This document shows, one piece after another, positions 47,224 through 56,884 of a stretch of 64,000 nt of DNA. A program made the translations under genes and the position numbers. The notes under the pieces were generated by a model. It saw nothing but the letters and a program-made list of their open reading frames with translations. It did not search any database and had not been told where the DNA came from. Origin of the DNA: Bacteriovoracia bacterium (GTDB lineage Bacteria; Bdellovibrionota; UBA1018; CAIPTA01); NCBI GenBank assembly GCA_050246755.1, contig JBFWVL010000004.1, positions 1 to 64,000 on the forward strand, given 5' to 3'. Each line of letters starts with the position of its first letter. Position 1 is the stretch's first letter.

Positions 47224-48228
47224 ATGAGACGTGCTTTTATTGCTGGTACTGGTCTTTATCACCCGGAGAAATTGGTTCCCAATTCCTTCTTCAACGAGAA
47301 ATACAAGATAGATATCGATAGCTTCCTGCGCGCCAAGCGCAATATTCACCAACGCTATTTTATGGACGAGAAGCAGAGCACGAGCGATCTAATCGTCCCT
47401 GCCGTAGAACGCGCCCTCGAATCCGCCAAGTTAGCCAAAGAAGACGTAGACCTTTTGATCGTGGCTACTGACACGCCGGATTATATTTCTCCCTCCACCG
47501 CCTCCGTGGTGCAGCACAAGATGGGCCTCAAGAATGCTGGCACCTTCGATATAAATTCCGCCTGCGCGGGCTTCGTAACGGCCCTAGACATGGCCGCCAA
47601 GTATATAGCCGCTGATTCGCAGTACCGGAATATCGTAGTGGTTGGGGCTTACGGAATGACGAAGCATCTCAACTGGGACGATCATAAAATCGCCTCGCTC
47701 TTCGCCGATGGCGCGGGCGCCGTGGTGGTGCGCGCCGGTGCCGAGAATGTCGGTCCCGGAATCCTCGCCTCGAAACTTTTCACCGTGGGGGAATTCCACG
47801 ACTATATGGGCATCTACGGCGGCGGTACTTTCATGCCCAGCACGCCGGAAGTGCTGGAGAAAAAGGGGCACCAGCTTAGCTTCGCGAAGAAGATCCCGCT
47901 TGAAACTAATTCTACGCATTGGCCCCGCCTCGTGCGTCTGATGCTCGATCGGACCAATAAAAAAATCGAAGACGTGAAGCTCTTTTTTCTCACGCAAATC
48001 AATATCGGCACCATCGAGGAAACCATGAATATCCTCGAGCAGCCCCAAGAGAAGAGCTACAATATCATGGACCGTTACGGTTATACCGGCTCGGCGTGCA
48101 TTCCCATGGCGATCGCCGATGCGGCCAATCATCACAAATTGAAAAAAGGCGACCTCCTCATGCTCGTGGGTTCCGGCGGCGGAGTGGCCATGGGCGCAGT
48201 GGCGCTAGAGTGGGCCTATGACACCTAA
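47224..48228 (+). CDS. KAS III/FabH-like condensing enzyme with non-canonical active site
   Basis: DINSACAGF, LFADGAGA; LTQIN and YGYTGSA replace PHQAN and YGNT. Confidence 0.9.
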   Translation: MRRAFIAGTGLYHPEKLVPNSFFNEKYKIDIDSFLRAKRNIHQRYFMDEKQSTSDLIVPAVERALESAKLAKEDVDLLIVATDTPDYISPSTASVVQHKMGLKNAGTFDINSACAGFVTALDMAAKYIAADSQYRNIVVVGAYGMTKHLNWDDHKIASLFADGAGAVVVRAGAENVGPGILASKLFTVGEFHDYMGIYGGGTFMPSTPEVLEKKGHQLSFAKKIPLETNSTHWPRLVRLMLDRTNKKIEDVKLFFLTQINIGTIEETMNILEQPQEKSYNIMDRYGYTGSACIPMAIADAANHHKLKKGDLLMLVGSGGGVAMGAVALEWAYDT

Positions 48229-49879
48229 GAGTTTTTTTGAGAAGTTGGTGGCGGGCGCGGAAAATTCCGTGAAGGCTAAAGCTATGGCCGCCGCGGGGGC
48301 CGTGGGCGATGATTTCGGTATCGCCGCGCTTTCGCGCTTTAGAAGCGAAAGTTATAATAAGCCGGTCGCAAGGGACTCCGAATCCGTCGAGCTCGACTGG
48401 CTGAAGCGCTGGGCGATGTATTCTCCGCGCGCGCTGGCCCTCCGCTGCGCCGATTCGAACCGCACTTTCTCCTACCGCGAGCTCTACGAGCGCTCCAATC
48501 ATTTAGCCCAGCAGCTGCGCACATGCTTCCAGCTACAAAAAGGCGAGCGCGTGGCCGTGCTCGCGCAGAACGAACCAGAAACTATTTTCTTATTTTTTGC
48601 TCTTCAGCGGATCGGTGCCATTCTCGTGCCGATCAATTTCCGTTTAGCTCCCCGCGAGATCGATCACGTGCTCTCGGATTCCGGCGCCAAGCTTTTGATC
48701 TGGCAAAATACCTTCGCTTCCACCATGGCCGAGCTCGAGCAGAAGCCCGATGCTTTGCTGGCTTTCGAAGGCAAGGGCGGGCTCACCGACTGGATTTTCG
48801 GTTCCGAGCCGCACGAGTTCATGCCCATGGAATCGGACCTCGATGCACCGGTGATGATTCTCTATACTTCCGGAACCACCGGAAAGCCCAAGGGTGCTTT
48901 GATCTCCAACAAAATGCTCTTCTGGAATTCGGTGAATACCGGCCTGCGTCTGAACATCACCTCGAGCGATACCACGCTCATTTTCCATCCCTTCTTTCAC
49001 ACCTCGGGCTGGAACGTGCTCACTACTCCTTTTCTGCATCATGGCGCTTCGATCGTGCTCCTGAAAAAATTCGATCCGGAGCGCGTGCTCGCCGTAGCGG
49101 AAGAGCATGGCATCACCGTTCTCTTCGGTGTACCCACCATGATGGACATGATGGCTCGCGCGGAAACCTTTGCGAAAGTGGCCCTCAAAAAAGTCCGCTA
49201 CGCCATCGTGGGCGGGGAGCCCATGCCGGTTCCCCTGATCCGTACCTGGGCTGAAAAGGGTATACCCGTGCGCCAGGGCTATGGCCTCACGGAGTTTGGC
49301 CCGAACGTGTTTTCATTGAATGAAGAAGATAGTATCCGCAAGATCGGCTCGATCGGTTTTCCCAATTTTTATGTCGACGTAAAAATTCTGGCTGCAAGCG
49401 GCGAAGAACTCGAAGAGCCCGGTCAGGTGGGCGAGCTTTGCCTGCGCGGTCCGAGTTGCACGCCCGGCTACTGGAGAAATGCCAAGGCCACGCAAGAAAC
49501 GATTTCCGAAGGCTGGCTGCATACCGGCGATCTCGTCCGTAAAGACGAAGAGGGGTACTTCTACGTGGTGGGCCGCAAGAAAGAGATGTTCATCTCCGGG
49601 GCCGAGAATATTTATCCCGCCGAGCTTGAAAGCTTTATTCGCACTCATCCTCAAGTGCGCGAAGTGGCCGTGGTGGGCGTGCGAGACGATCGCTGGGGCG
49701 AAGTGGGGAAATGCTTTTATTCCACCGAAAATGGCGCGCCGATCGATGAATCCGAGCTCCGTGCATTCTGCCAGCAGGGCCTGGCTCGCTATAAAGTACC
49801 GAAGTTTTTCGTGCACATGAATGAGCTGCCCAAGGGCACGAGCGGGAAAATTCACCGTCTTTCGCTCACGGCGCAGTAA
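48218..49879 (+). CDS. AMP-dependent acyl-CoA synthetase/ligase
   Basis: YTSGTTGKPKG, GYGLTE, WLHTGD, SGKI. Confidence 0.93.
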   Translation: MTPKSFFEKLVAGAENSVKAKAMAAAGAVGDDFGIAALSRFRSESYNKPVARDSESVELDWLKRWAMYSPRALALRCADSNRTFSYRELYERSNHLAQQLRTCFQLQKGERVAVLAQNEPETIFLFFALQRIGAILVPINFRLAPREIDHVLSDSGAKLLIWQNTFASTMAELEQKPDALLAFEGKGGLTDWIFGSEPHEFMPMESDLDAPVMILYTSGTTGKPKGALISNKMLFWNSVNTGLRLNITSSDTTLIFHPFFHTSGWNVLTTPFLHHGASIVLLKKFDPERVLAVAEEHGITVLFGVPTMMDMMARAETFAKVALKKVRYAIVGGEPMPVPLIRTWAEKGIPVRQGYGLTEFGPNVFSLNEEDSIRKIGSIGFPNFYVDVKILAASGEELEEPGQVGELCLRGPSCTPGYWRNAKATQETISEGWLHTGDLVRKDEEGYFYVVGRKKEMFISGAENIYPAELESFIRTHPQVREVAVVGVRDDRWGEVGKCFYSTENGAPIDESELRAFCQQGLARYKVPKFFVHMNELPKGTSGKIHRLSLTAQ

Positions 49880-49971
49880 GCTACTGAAATTGCTTACCTA
49901 AATTTGAAATCACTGTGTGCCCCAAAGTGATTCAACTAAGCTCGTTCTAGTTGCCAAGCCCCCAGAATCTT

Positions 49972-49999
49972 TAAAGAATTTGCCCTAATCCACCGATAC
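49972..49999 (+). promoter_or_regulatory. sigma28-like promoter
   Basis: TAAAG...ACCGATAC, spacing one base longer than canonical. Confidence 0.5.
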
Positions 50000-50005
50000 G
50001 GCTTA

Positions 50006-51715
50006 GTGGTGATTACTTTTCTATTACTCCTGATTGCTCTGCCCGCTTTGGCGTCGAAGCCGAATCTCGCCGGTCCCGCCGCGCACCTGAAATTCGGCGA
50101 CACCTGCGAACGTCTCTATTTGGAAATCGAGAGCAAAGGGCGAAAGGGCTACGAAAAGGGCAAGCGTATCCGCGAGCGCTACGCGGAATTCCGTGGAATC
50201 AGCGACACAGACAATGAGAAATTTCTTCAGCGCGCGGTGGCCGCCAATCGCGGTGAAAAAACCGATGCACGGATTTTTCTCGATATCGAGAATGCCGTGC
50301 TCAAGGACCTCAACGATAAGGTAATTGAAGATCGAGAGCTCGTGACCGCGCTCACTAACCTGCATAAAGACGTAGTGTGGTCGGAAATTTCTTCTGATCC
50401 GGTTCTGGCCGCCGCGATGCTCGATAAGTATTCCGATTTTAAATCGCTGCGATTTTCTTTTAAGTCGGATGACCGCGAAATCCAGGCGCGCGCGTCGGCG
50501 CTGCTTTCCCGCATAAATAAAAAATATAGTGAATACCTAGATGATCTTTCCGAGGAGAACGGCTGGAAGGAAAAAGTGAAGGGCCTGAGCGCGGATAGCC
50601 GGAACTGGTACCACGCGGGGGTGGGGGCCACGCCCGACCAGGCCGGAGTGGCCACGCGTTTCTCCCGTGATAATCTTAGCCCAAAAAATGTGGCCGTACT
50701 CCGCCACTTCGATGAAGCCGCCGCCACGCTGCAACAGGCCGCCTACAACGCTGGCCGTTTTCAAAAGTGGGTGGCCAAGCGCTATGCTGGGCTGCCGGGA
50801 TTTTTAGTGAAATCCGAAAGCGGCGCGGAGGTTCTTTCCGCCGAAACCATCGAGGCCATCAAGAAGGCCATTCCTCGCTACCACGAAGATATGACCGATG
50901 CTGTGGCGCGGGCCCTAAGCGCGAGATTTAGGCTGAAGTTCAGCGCGGACGATGCCAAGGGGCTGCGGAGCTATCTTGGGCTCGTGGATCAGTTTTCCCC
51001 GGGGCTCTTGCAGGCCAAGCGCGAAGTGATCGATATGGGTGTGGCGGCGCGCGGTGTGATTTCGGCAGATTTTAAGGGGCAGAACGCGAGAAATATCCAG
51101 GAGACGATGAAGGCGCTGGCAGATACGGAAGGTCAGCATATCAAAATCCGTCTTCAGGCCGTCCGTGAGGGCGAGATTCGCGCTACCGCGGCGCTCGAGG
51201 CGAAGAAGGCAAGCTTCCAGCGTGCAATGCGACGCTTCGCCGCGGAGCTGGAAGCGCAAAAAATTCTTTCGCCGGCCGCAGGCAAGAAGCTCAAAGCCCG
51301 CTTCACGGGGGACGACGGCGTGATGTTCGTGCCGTTCGAACTAAATCCGGAAGCTCGGGCGATGGCCCAGAAGATTCTTCTGGAAGAAATGGACGCCGAA
51401 GATATCCGTTTGGCCTTCGTGCAGTTCGATAAGCCGGGGGCGGAAATTGCAGCCGAGGCGCGATCCGGCTGGATCGTGCAGGCCGAGAGTTTAGAGAAGA
51501 AATTACGCGTGGGCCTCATCGAAAAGATGAACCGCAGGAGCTTGAACGACCTGCAGATCGGCGTGTCGATGGTGCCGGATGCCGCCGGTAAAGGCGTGGT
51601 GGAGCTGCAGCTGCTTCGTAAGGGCGAGAGAATCGTATCGGTTGAGGAAGAGAAAATTATTTTAGAGATGGCGAGGGCGTTCGGATATAACGCGAAGATT
51701 ATGGGCATGCCGTGA
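50006..51715 (+). CDS. secreted hypothetical protein with two GGDEF/Palm-like regions
   Basis: signal peptide; IFLDIEN..LKDLND; ISADF...RFTGDDG. Confidence 0.75.
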   Translation: MVITFLLLLIALPALASKPNLAGPAAHLKFGDTCERLYLEIESKGRKGYEKGKRIRERYAEFRGISDTDNEKFLQRAVAANRGEKTDARIFLDIENAVLKDLNDKVIEDRELVTALTNLHKDVVWSEISSDPVLAAAMLDKYSDFKSLRFSFKSDDREIQARASALLSRINKKYSEYLDDLSEENGWKEKVKGLSADSRNWYHAGVGATPDQAGVATRFSRDNLSPKNVAVLRHFDEAAATLQQAAYNAGRFQKWVAKRYAGLPGFLVKSESGAEVLSAETIEAIKKAIPRYHEDMTDAVARALSARFRLKFSADDAKGLRSYLGLVDQFSPGLLQAKREVIDMGVAARGVISADFKGQNARNIQETMKALADTEGQHIKIRLQAVREGEIRATAALEAKKASFQRAMRRFAAELEAQKILSPAAGKKLKARFTGDDGVMFVPFELNPEARAMAQKILLEEMDAEDIRLAFVQFDKPGAEIAAEARSGWIVQAESLEKKLRVGLIEKMNRRSLNDLQIGVSMVPDAAGKGVVELQLLRKGERIVSVEEEKIILEMARAFGYNAKIMGMP

Positions 51716-52970
51716 TTGCACGGCTCGTTCCGTTAGAGCTTTCCACTTTCGCTTCACCCGTGCGTTGGAGATCGAAACGCGAAAAGCGAAATTGCTGGTG
51801 CTCTTCTTTGAGCAACGTCGCGTGGGCTGAAGGCTGTAAGTAGCGATTGAAGCTCATGCGGACCGAAAATACGGGCAAGGTCGCTTCGGAAAGCGCGGGG
51901 TCCGTGCCCCCCGAGTTTAGGATGCAATGGGGCTGAAGGGTTTCGATGCGATCGAGGGAGCGCTTTTCCAGTATCGTGCGTTCCCAGGAAAAGTCCGAGA
52001 TTTGCCGCAGGTAAGGCGCGAGCAATTTTCCGGTTTCGGCTTGTAGCTCGGCTGACTCTAAAAAGTCGCTGAGCCTGGGGCGTTCGATATCTTCCTGGTG
52101 AAACGGAACGCATGATGGATCGATTCTTCCGTCGGGGGAAAGGCAGCGCAGGCTGGTCCCTAACACCATTTTCCCAAACTCCCTTTCATCTGGCTTGAGG
52201 TAGGGGAGCCAGGCGTTGTTCTGGGCTTCGCTGAGATTCAGCGCGGCCTGAATGAGGCCCACGGCATTTCCGTTTTTATCGAGGAGGGGGGATCCGGAAT
52301 TCCCGGGTGCCGACACGCAGCCGCCGCCCACGAAAATAGAGTCGGATTCATTTCGGTAAAGAGGAAAAGCGTAAGAATTGCCCACGGCTTCACAGGTGTC
52401 CTTCATGATCTCGCCGGATGGTTTGTTGGGCTGGCCGCGCACGGGATTCACTTTGTAGGCGGTATAGCTCTCGCCTGGAATCACGCCCTGCTTATTCATG
52501 GCGAACGGAATTCGCTTCGTGCTCTTACTCAAGCGAATGAGGGCCAGGTCCGGGGAAAAGTCATTGGGCCTCTCGCTTACGGTGAGGAGCGTTTTGCAGG
52601 AAATGCTTTCGGTTTGAAATTCACCCGAAGACGGTAACTCGAGCTTTACGCGTTCGGCGCAGAGATCGGGCATTAATTTTACGGCGGAGGGGATGCAGTG
52701 GGAATTCGTGGCCGCGAGATCTTCGCCTACGAGGAAAGCGGTGCAGGTGAAGATATCTGCGCCTTGTTGGGCCGTGAGCATTCCCACCGAACTCGGGCAG
52801 TTATCGCTGTCGGTGCAACGAACGCGCGCGGTTTTGGCCAAGGTATTCGCTTCGCCCTCATTTAGGACGTGAATAGTGCGCACGAGGCTTTGCGCCGGCG
52901 AATCTTCGCGTTGTTTGCTGCAGCCGAGGAGGGCTAGGAGCAGGAGTGAAATGGCGAAAGAGCGGTACAT
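51699..52970 (-). CDS. trypsin-like serine protease lipoprotein
   Basis: LLGC lipobox; TNSHC, DLALI, GNSGSP triad. Confidence 0.9.
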   Translation of the reverse strand: MYRSFAISLLLLALLGCSKQREDSPAQSLVRTIHVLNEGEANTLAKTARVRCTDSDNCPSSVGMLTAQQGADIFTCTAFLVGEDLAATNSHCIPSAVKLMPDLCAERVKLELPSSGEFQTESISCKTLLTVSERPNDFSPDLALIRLSKSTKRIPFAMNKQGVIPGESYTAYKVNPVRGQPNKPSGEIMKDTCEAVGNSYAFPLYRNESDSIFVGGGCVSAPGNSGSPLLDKNGNAVGLIQAALNLSEAQNNAWLPYLKPDEREFGKMVLGTSLRCLSPDGRIDPSCVPFHQEDIERPRLSDFLESAELQAETGKLLAPYLRQISDFSWERTILEKRSLDRIETLQPHCILNSGGTDPALSEATLPVFSVRMSFNRYLQPSAHATLLKEEHQQFRFSRFDLQRTGEAKVESSNGTSRAITACP

Positions 52971-52995
52971 TCAAATTCCCCAATAAGGTCAATTT

Positions 52996-53024
52996 GGTAT
53001 ACCGCGTTAAAATAAAATAGTCAA
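52996..53024 (-). promoter_or_regulatory. sigma70 promoter of protease gene
   Basis: TTGACT-N17-TATACC. Confidence 0.55.
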
Positions 53025-53068
53025 GAATGAGGGCTGGGTGAACCTTAACTAATTATGAGTAAAATCAG

Positions 53069-54199
53069 CTATTTAGCTGAAAATTCGCGTTTCAGGCTAT
53101 GTCTTTGCTGCTGGCGGTGAAGGGCCAGGGTGACGAGCCGGGAAAGCAGGTCCTTATAGTTCACGCCGGAGGCGCCCATCATTTTAGGGAACATGGAGAT
53201 GGTGGTGAAGCCCGGAAGCGTATTCACCTCATTAAAATAAAATTTATTTGTTTTTCGGTCGAGGAAGAAATCGGCCCGCGCCATGCCCGCCAGCTCAAGT
53301 ACTTCGAAGGCCTGCGCCGCGTATTTTTGCACGGTGGCCACTTGTTCGGGGGTGATCTTGGCAGGCAGATCAATGGTGGCGCCATTGGCGTCGAGGTACT
53401 TGGCTTCGTAAGAATAAAATTCGTGGCCGCCAGCCGCGGAGATTTCCGAGGGCACGCTCACGAACGGCGCGCCGTTCACTGTTTCCAGCACCGCCACTTC
53501 GATCTCGCGAGCGTCAATACCTTCTTCAATGAGCACCTTGAGGTCGTACTGGAAAGAATCCTTGAGCGCCTGGCCGAGATCTTCCCATTTTTTAACTTTA
53601 TGCACGCCCACGCTCGAGCCCATATTGGCGGGCTTTACGAAAACGGGGAGCTTTAGCTTGGCTTTGGCTTGCTTCTCGGCGGCGCCCGCGTCGCGGAGAA
53701 AATTGGTTTTCGTTACGCTCACGTAAGGAACGATCGGAATGCCGGCAGCCTCGGCGAGACGCTTGGCCACTTCTTTGTCCATGCCGATGGCGGAGCCCAG
53801 GATGCCGGAGCCCACGTAGGCCACGTCGGCCAATTCGAGGAGGCCTTGAACCGCTCCGTCTTCACAAAGCGGGCCGTGCATCACCGGGAAAAACACATCG
53901 ATATCACCGAAGGAGGGGGAGCCCGAGTTTATCGGTTCCAGTGTAGCGCGTCCATCCGGTTGGGGGCGCAGGCGCATTTCGGGAGAGTTCTGGTAGATCG
54001 GCAATATTTTTGCGCGGCTTTCTTCAATCAATTTGAGGTCGTTCCATTGCCAGCGGCCTTCTTTGTTGATGCTTACCGGGATGACCTCGAATTTATCACG
54101 GTCTAAATTCGCTATCACCGAAGCGCCAGACTGCAGGGAAACTTCGTGCTCTCCAGAACGCCCACCATAGAGTACCGCTACACGGATTTTTTTCGTCAT
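53069..54199 (-). CDS. ddl: D-alanine--D-alanine ligase
   Basis: GGRSGEHEVS, HGPLCEDG, GSSVG, YEAKY, NEVNTLPG. Confidence 0.97.
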   Translation of the reverse strand: MTKKIRVAVLYGGRSGEHEVSLQSGASVIANLDRDKFEVIPVSINKEGRWQWNDLKLIEESRAKILPIYQNSPEMRLRPQPDGRATLEPINSGSPSFGDIDVFFPVMHGPLCEDGAVQGLLELADVAYVGSGILGSAIGMDKEVAKRLAEAAGIPIVPYVSVTKTNFLRDAGAAEKQAKAKLKLPVFVKPANMGSSVGVHKVKKWEDLGQALKDSFQYDLKVLIEEGIDAREIEVAVLETVNGAPFVSVPSEISAAGGHEFYSYEAKYLDANGATIDLPAKITPEQVATVQKYAAQAFEVLELAGMARADFFLDRKTNKFYFNEVNTLPGFTTISMFPKMMGASGVNYKDLLSRLVTLALHRQQQRHSLKREFSAK

Positions 54200-54253
54200 T
54201 TAGAAAGAATATCATTCTCCGTAGCCAGGCTCACGCCTTAAAATAGAAGGAGG

Positions 54254-54979
54254 ATGAACTTGCGCAAGAAAGTTTTTACGAGCCAGAAGATTTCGCTTTT
54301 TTTCGGCGGAAAAGAATACCGCATGCAGGCGCTCGTTTCCGTTTACGGCGTGAAGTACGCGTTCGACGAAATTGAGCTTCCGCCGGAGGCCCGCAACTAC
54401 CTCGGCTACGAAGTGCAGATGACCTATAAGGGAGTGCCCGCGCGCTGTCGTTTGATCAGTGAGGCCAATTCCATCGGCACGATCTATAATTTGCGCTTCG
54501 TGAACCCGAGCCCTATCCTCGTGCGGCAGATCGAGCGCGATATCCGTGACTCCGGTTTGCCTTCGCCTTGGATGCGCTATTTGCCCCGCCTCACCACCGA
54601 CGTGAAGGACCTTCCTTCGCCCGCGTTGGCGGTAGTGTACCGCGCTGGCGAGACGCATTTCCTCAACGTGAAAAATTTCACCCTGGGCGGGCTGTTGATC
54701 GAGCACGTGGGGGCCGGCATGCCGAACGTAACCACGGGCACGCGCTTCGATTTCGATCTTGTCACGAATCAGGGTGACAAATTCGAAGAAATCGCCGGCG
54801 TGGTCACGCGCATTTCGGTGGAAGTGAACGAAAAAGACTCTAATCTCAGCCGCACCTTCTTCGGGATAAAATTTCTGCCCATGGGGGTGATCAACGAAAC
54901 AAAGTACCGGGATTTAATCCGCGAGCATTGCAAGCTCCTGCGCGCGGCCGATTTGCGCACGCGCGAGCAAGAGATTTAG
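54254..54979 (+). CDS. PilZ domain protein (tandem beta-barrels)
   Basis: RYLPR (RxxxR) and NFTLGG motifs, GIKF. Confidence 0.75.
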   Translation: MNLRKKVFTSQKISLFFGGKEYRMQALVSVYGVKYAFDEIELPPEARNYLGYEVQMTYKGVPARCRLISEANSIGTIYNLRFVNPSPILVRQIERDIRDSGLPSPWMRYLPRLTTDVKDLPSPALAVVYRAGETHFLNVKNFTLGGLLIEHVGAGMPNVTTGTRFDFDLVTNQGDKFEEIAGVVTRISVEVNEKDSNLSRTFFGIKFLPMGVINETKYRDLIREHCKLLRAADLRTREQEI

Positions 54980-55830
54980 GGTTTCTCTAGGCGCTTGGCC
55001 TCATTCCAGTAAATATCCATCTCGTCCAGCGGCATATCCGCTAATTTTTTTCCGTCCACCCTGGCGCGGGTTTCCACGTGACGGAATCTTTTCTCGAAGC
55101 GGCGAAGCATGGAACGTAGCGCGTCCTCGGGATTCAAGTGTAGGAAGTGCGCGATATTGGATAGGGAGAAAATCAAATCGCCGAGCTCGCTTTCGAGGCG
55201 GAGCTTAGTTTTCTTATCGAGCGCGGCGCCCTCTTCGCGGCCGAATTTCGCGGGCTTCCCGAGCTTCTCGACTTCGGATAAAAATTCTTCAAGCTCCTCA
55301 CGGCATTTCTCTAGCGGGCCTTCGAGGCTCGGCCACTGAAAGCCTACTTTGGAAACCCGCTCGATAATTTTTAGGCTCTGTTGCAAGGCCGGCATTCCGG
55401 GAGGCAGGCCGTCGAGTGTGGATTCTCTGGGCTTCTCTTCTTGTTTCGTTTTTTCCCAGGCGCCTACTACTTCTTCCGCGGATTCTAGTTTTTCTCCGCC
55501 GAACACGTGGGGATGGCGGCGCACGAGCTTAGCGGCCAAATCGTTCGCGAGGCCGTCGATATCAAAACGGCCCGTTTCCCCGGCAATTTCGGCTTGGAGT
55601 AAAACTTGGAGCAAGAGATCTCCTAGTTCTTCCTTTAGCTTTTCGGAACCGGTCGTGGGATTCGTGGCCAGCTCGTCGAGCGCCTCCAGGACTTCGTAGG
55701 TTTCTTCCAGCAGGTAGCGGCGCAGGCTTTCGTGGGTTTGGGCGCGATCCCAGGGGCAGCCATCTGGGCCACGCAATTTTGCTACTACCGCTCGAGCGCG
55801 CTCAAGGCCGGATGGTTGGGTCGGAGGCAT
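54976..55830 (-). CDS. mazG: nucleoside triphosphate pyrophosphohydrolase
   Basis: GCPWD, EETYE, EELGD, RRHPHVF. Confidence 0.95.
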   Translation of the reverse strand: MPPTQPSGLERARAVVAKLRGPDGCPWDRAQTHESLRRYLLEETYEVLEALDELATNPTTGSEKLKEELGDLLLQVLLQAEIAGETGRFDIDGLANDLAAKLVRRHPHVFGGEKLESAEEVVGAWEKTKQEEKPRESTLDGLPPGMPALQQSLKIIERVSKVGFQWPSLEGPLEKCREELEEFLSEVEKLGKPAKFGREEGAALDKKTKLRLESELGDLIFSLSNIAHFLHLNPEDALRSMLRRFEKRFRHVETRARVDGKKLADMPLDEMDIYWNEAKRLEKP

Positions 55831-56884
55831 TTTTTAACTCCTCGGAAACAGGTGCCGGAGTGGCGTAGGAAAAGAAAATTCCGCTCTTACGGAAGGTTTC
55901 CGCGATCCGCACGGAGATCCCGTGGTGCGCGTTTATATAGGAAAGGTAGTCGCGCTTGTTCACCCAGTAGACGGTTTCGAATTCTAAATTCATGTTCCCG
56001 AATTTCGCCAGATGGCAGCGCTCGAAGCGGCAGTCGGGCTGGGAGGCCACTACTTTTTCTACCAGGGCGCGGGCCTGGTCGAGCTTATCGGGGGCGGTCG
56101 TGTACTGAAGGCCGAACGCGAATTCCACCCGGCGCTCCCCCATCCGTTTGAAATTACGGATACGGCTTTTGAGCAGGTCGGAATTAGAAAAAATCAGCTG
56201 TTCACCCGAGAGGCTTTTCACGCGGGTGGTTTTAATCCCGATTTTTTCCACCGTGCCCATCTCTTCGCCGACGGCGATAAAATCGCCGATCACGAAGGGC
56301 TTGTCGAGCACGATCGAGAGGGAGCCGAAGAGATCGCCAAGAATATTTTGCACGGCGAGCGCGATCGCGATGCCGCCCACTCCGAGGCCAGCGAGTAAAG
56401 CTGAAACATTATAGCCAAGGTTGCCGATGAGCAGCAGCGAAACCACGACCCAGATCGCCGCCTGACCAAGGAAAATAAGGGTAGCCAGCGTGGTAGCGCG
56501 CCCCGGGTCGGTAGTGAAGGTATCTCTCGTGTACTTTTTTCCCAGAAAATCGGCAGCGGTGGAGAGCCATATTCCGATTTGCGCAAAAGCGATGAAAAGA
56601 AATAGCACCTCCGAGGCGCGGGCTACCTTGGGATGAAGGTTCATCGACTGCATGCCGAGATGGAGGCCCACCATCAGCAGAAACCAATAATGTGTTTTCT
56701 CGAGGAGTAAGAGCGCGAGATCATCCCAGTTGGCCATGGTACTCGCGGTCACTTTTCTCAGCCTTACGATCAAGAGCGCGCGGAGTAGCCAAGTTAACGC
56801 CAGCGTGAATAAGAGGATGCCGCCTAGGATCGCCCAGCGTTCCCAGCTATTGCCCCAAAAGCCTTCGTCCCAGAATCGTTGCAT
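55802..56884 (-). CDS. mscS: small-conductance mechanosensitive channel
   Basis: AGLGVGGIAIALAVQ, DKPFVIGD, GTVEKIG. Confidence 0.93.
   Translation of the reverse strand: MQRFWDEGFWGNSWERWAILGGILLFTLALTWLLRALLIVRLRKVTASTMANWDDLALLLLEKTHYWFLLMVGLHLGMQSMNLHPKVARASEVLFLFIAFAQIGIWLSTAADFLGKKYTRDTFTTDPGRATTLATLIFLGQAAIWVVVSLLLIGNLGYNVSALLAGLGVGGIAIALAVQNILGDLFGSLSIVLDKPFVIGDFIAVGEEMGTVEKIGIKTTRVKSLSGEQLIFSNSDLLKSRIRNFKRMGERRVEFAFGLQYTTAPDKLDQARALVEKVVASQPDCRFERCHLAKFGNMNLEFETVYWVNKRDYLSYINAHHGISVRIAETFRKSGIFFSYATPAPVSEELKNASDPTIRP

Noticed and set aside
48218-49879. Calling the ligase menE and the KAS III fabH
   Set aside because: No men genes nearby and KAS III catalytic residues are non-canonical, so symbols withheld
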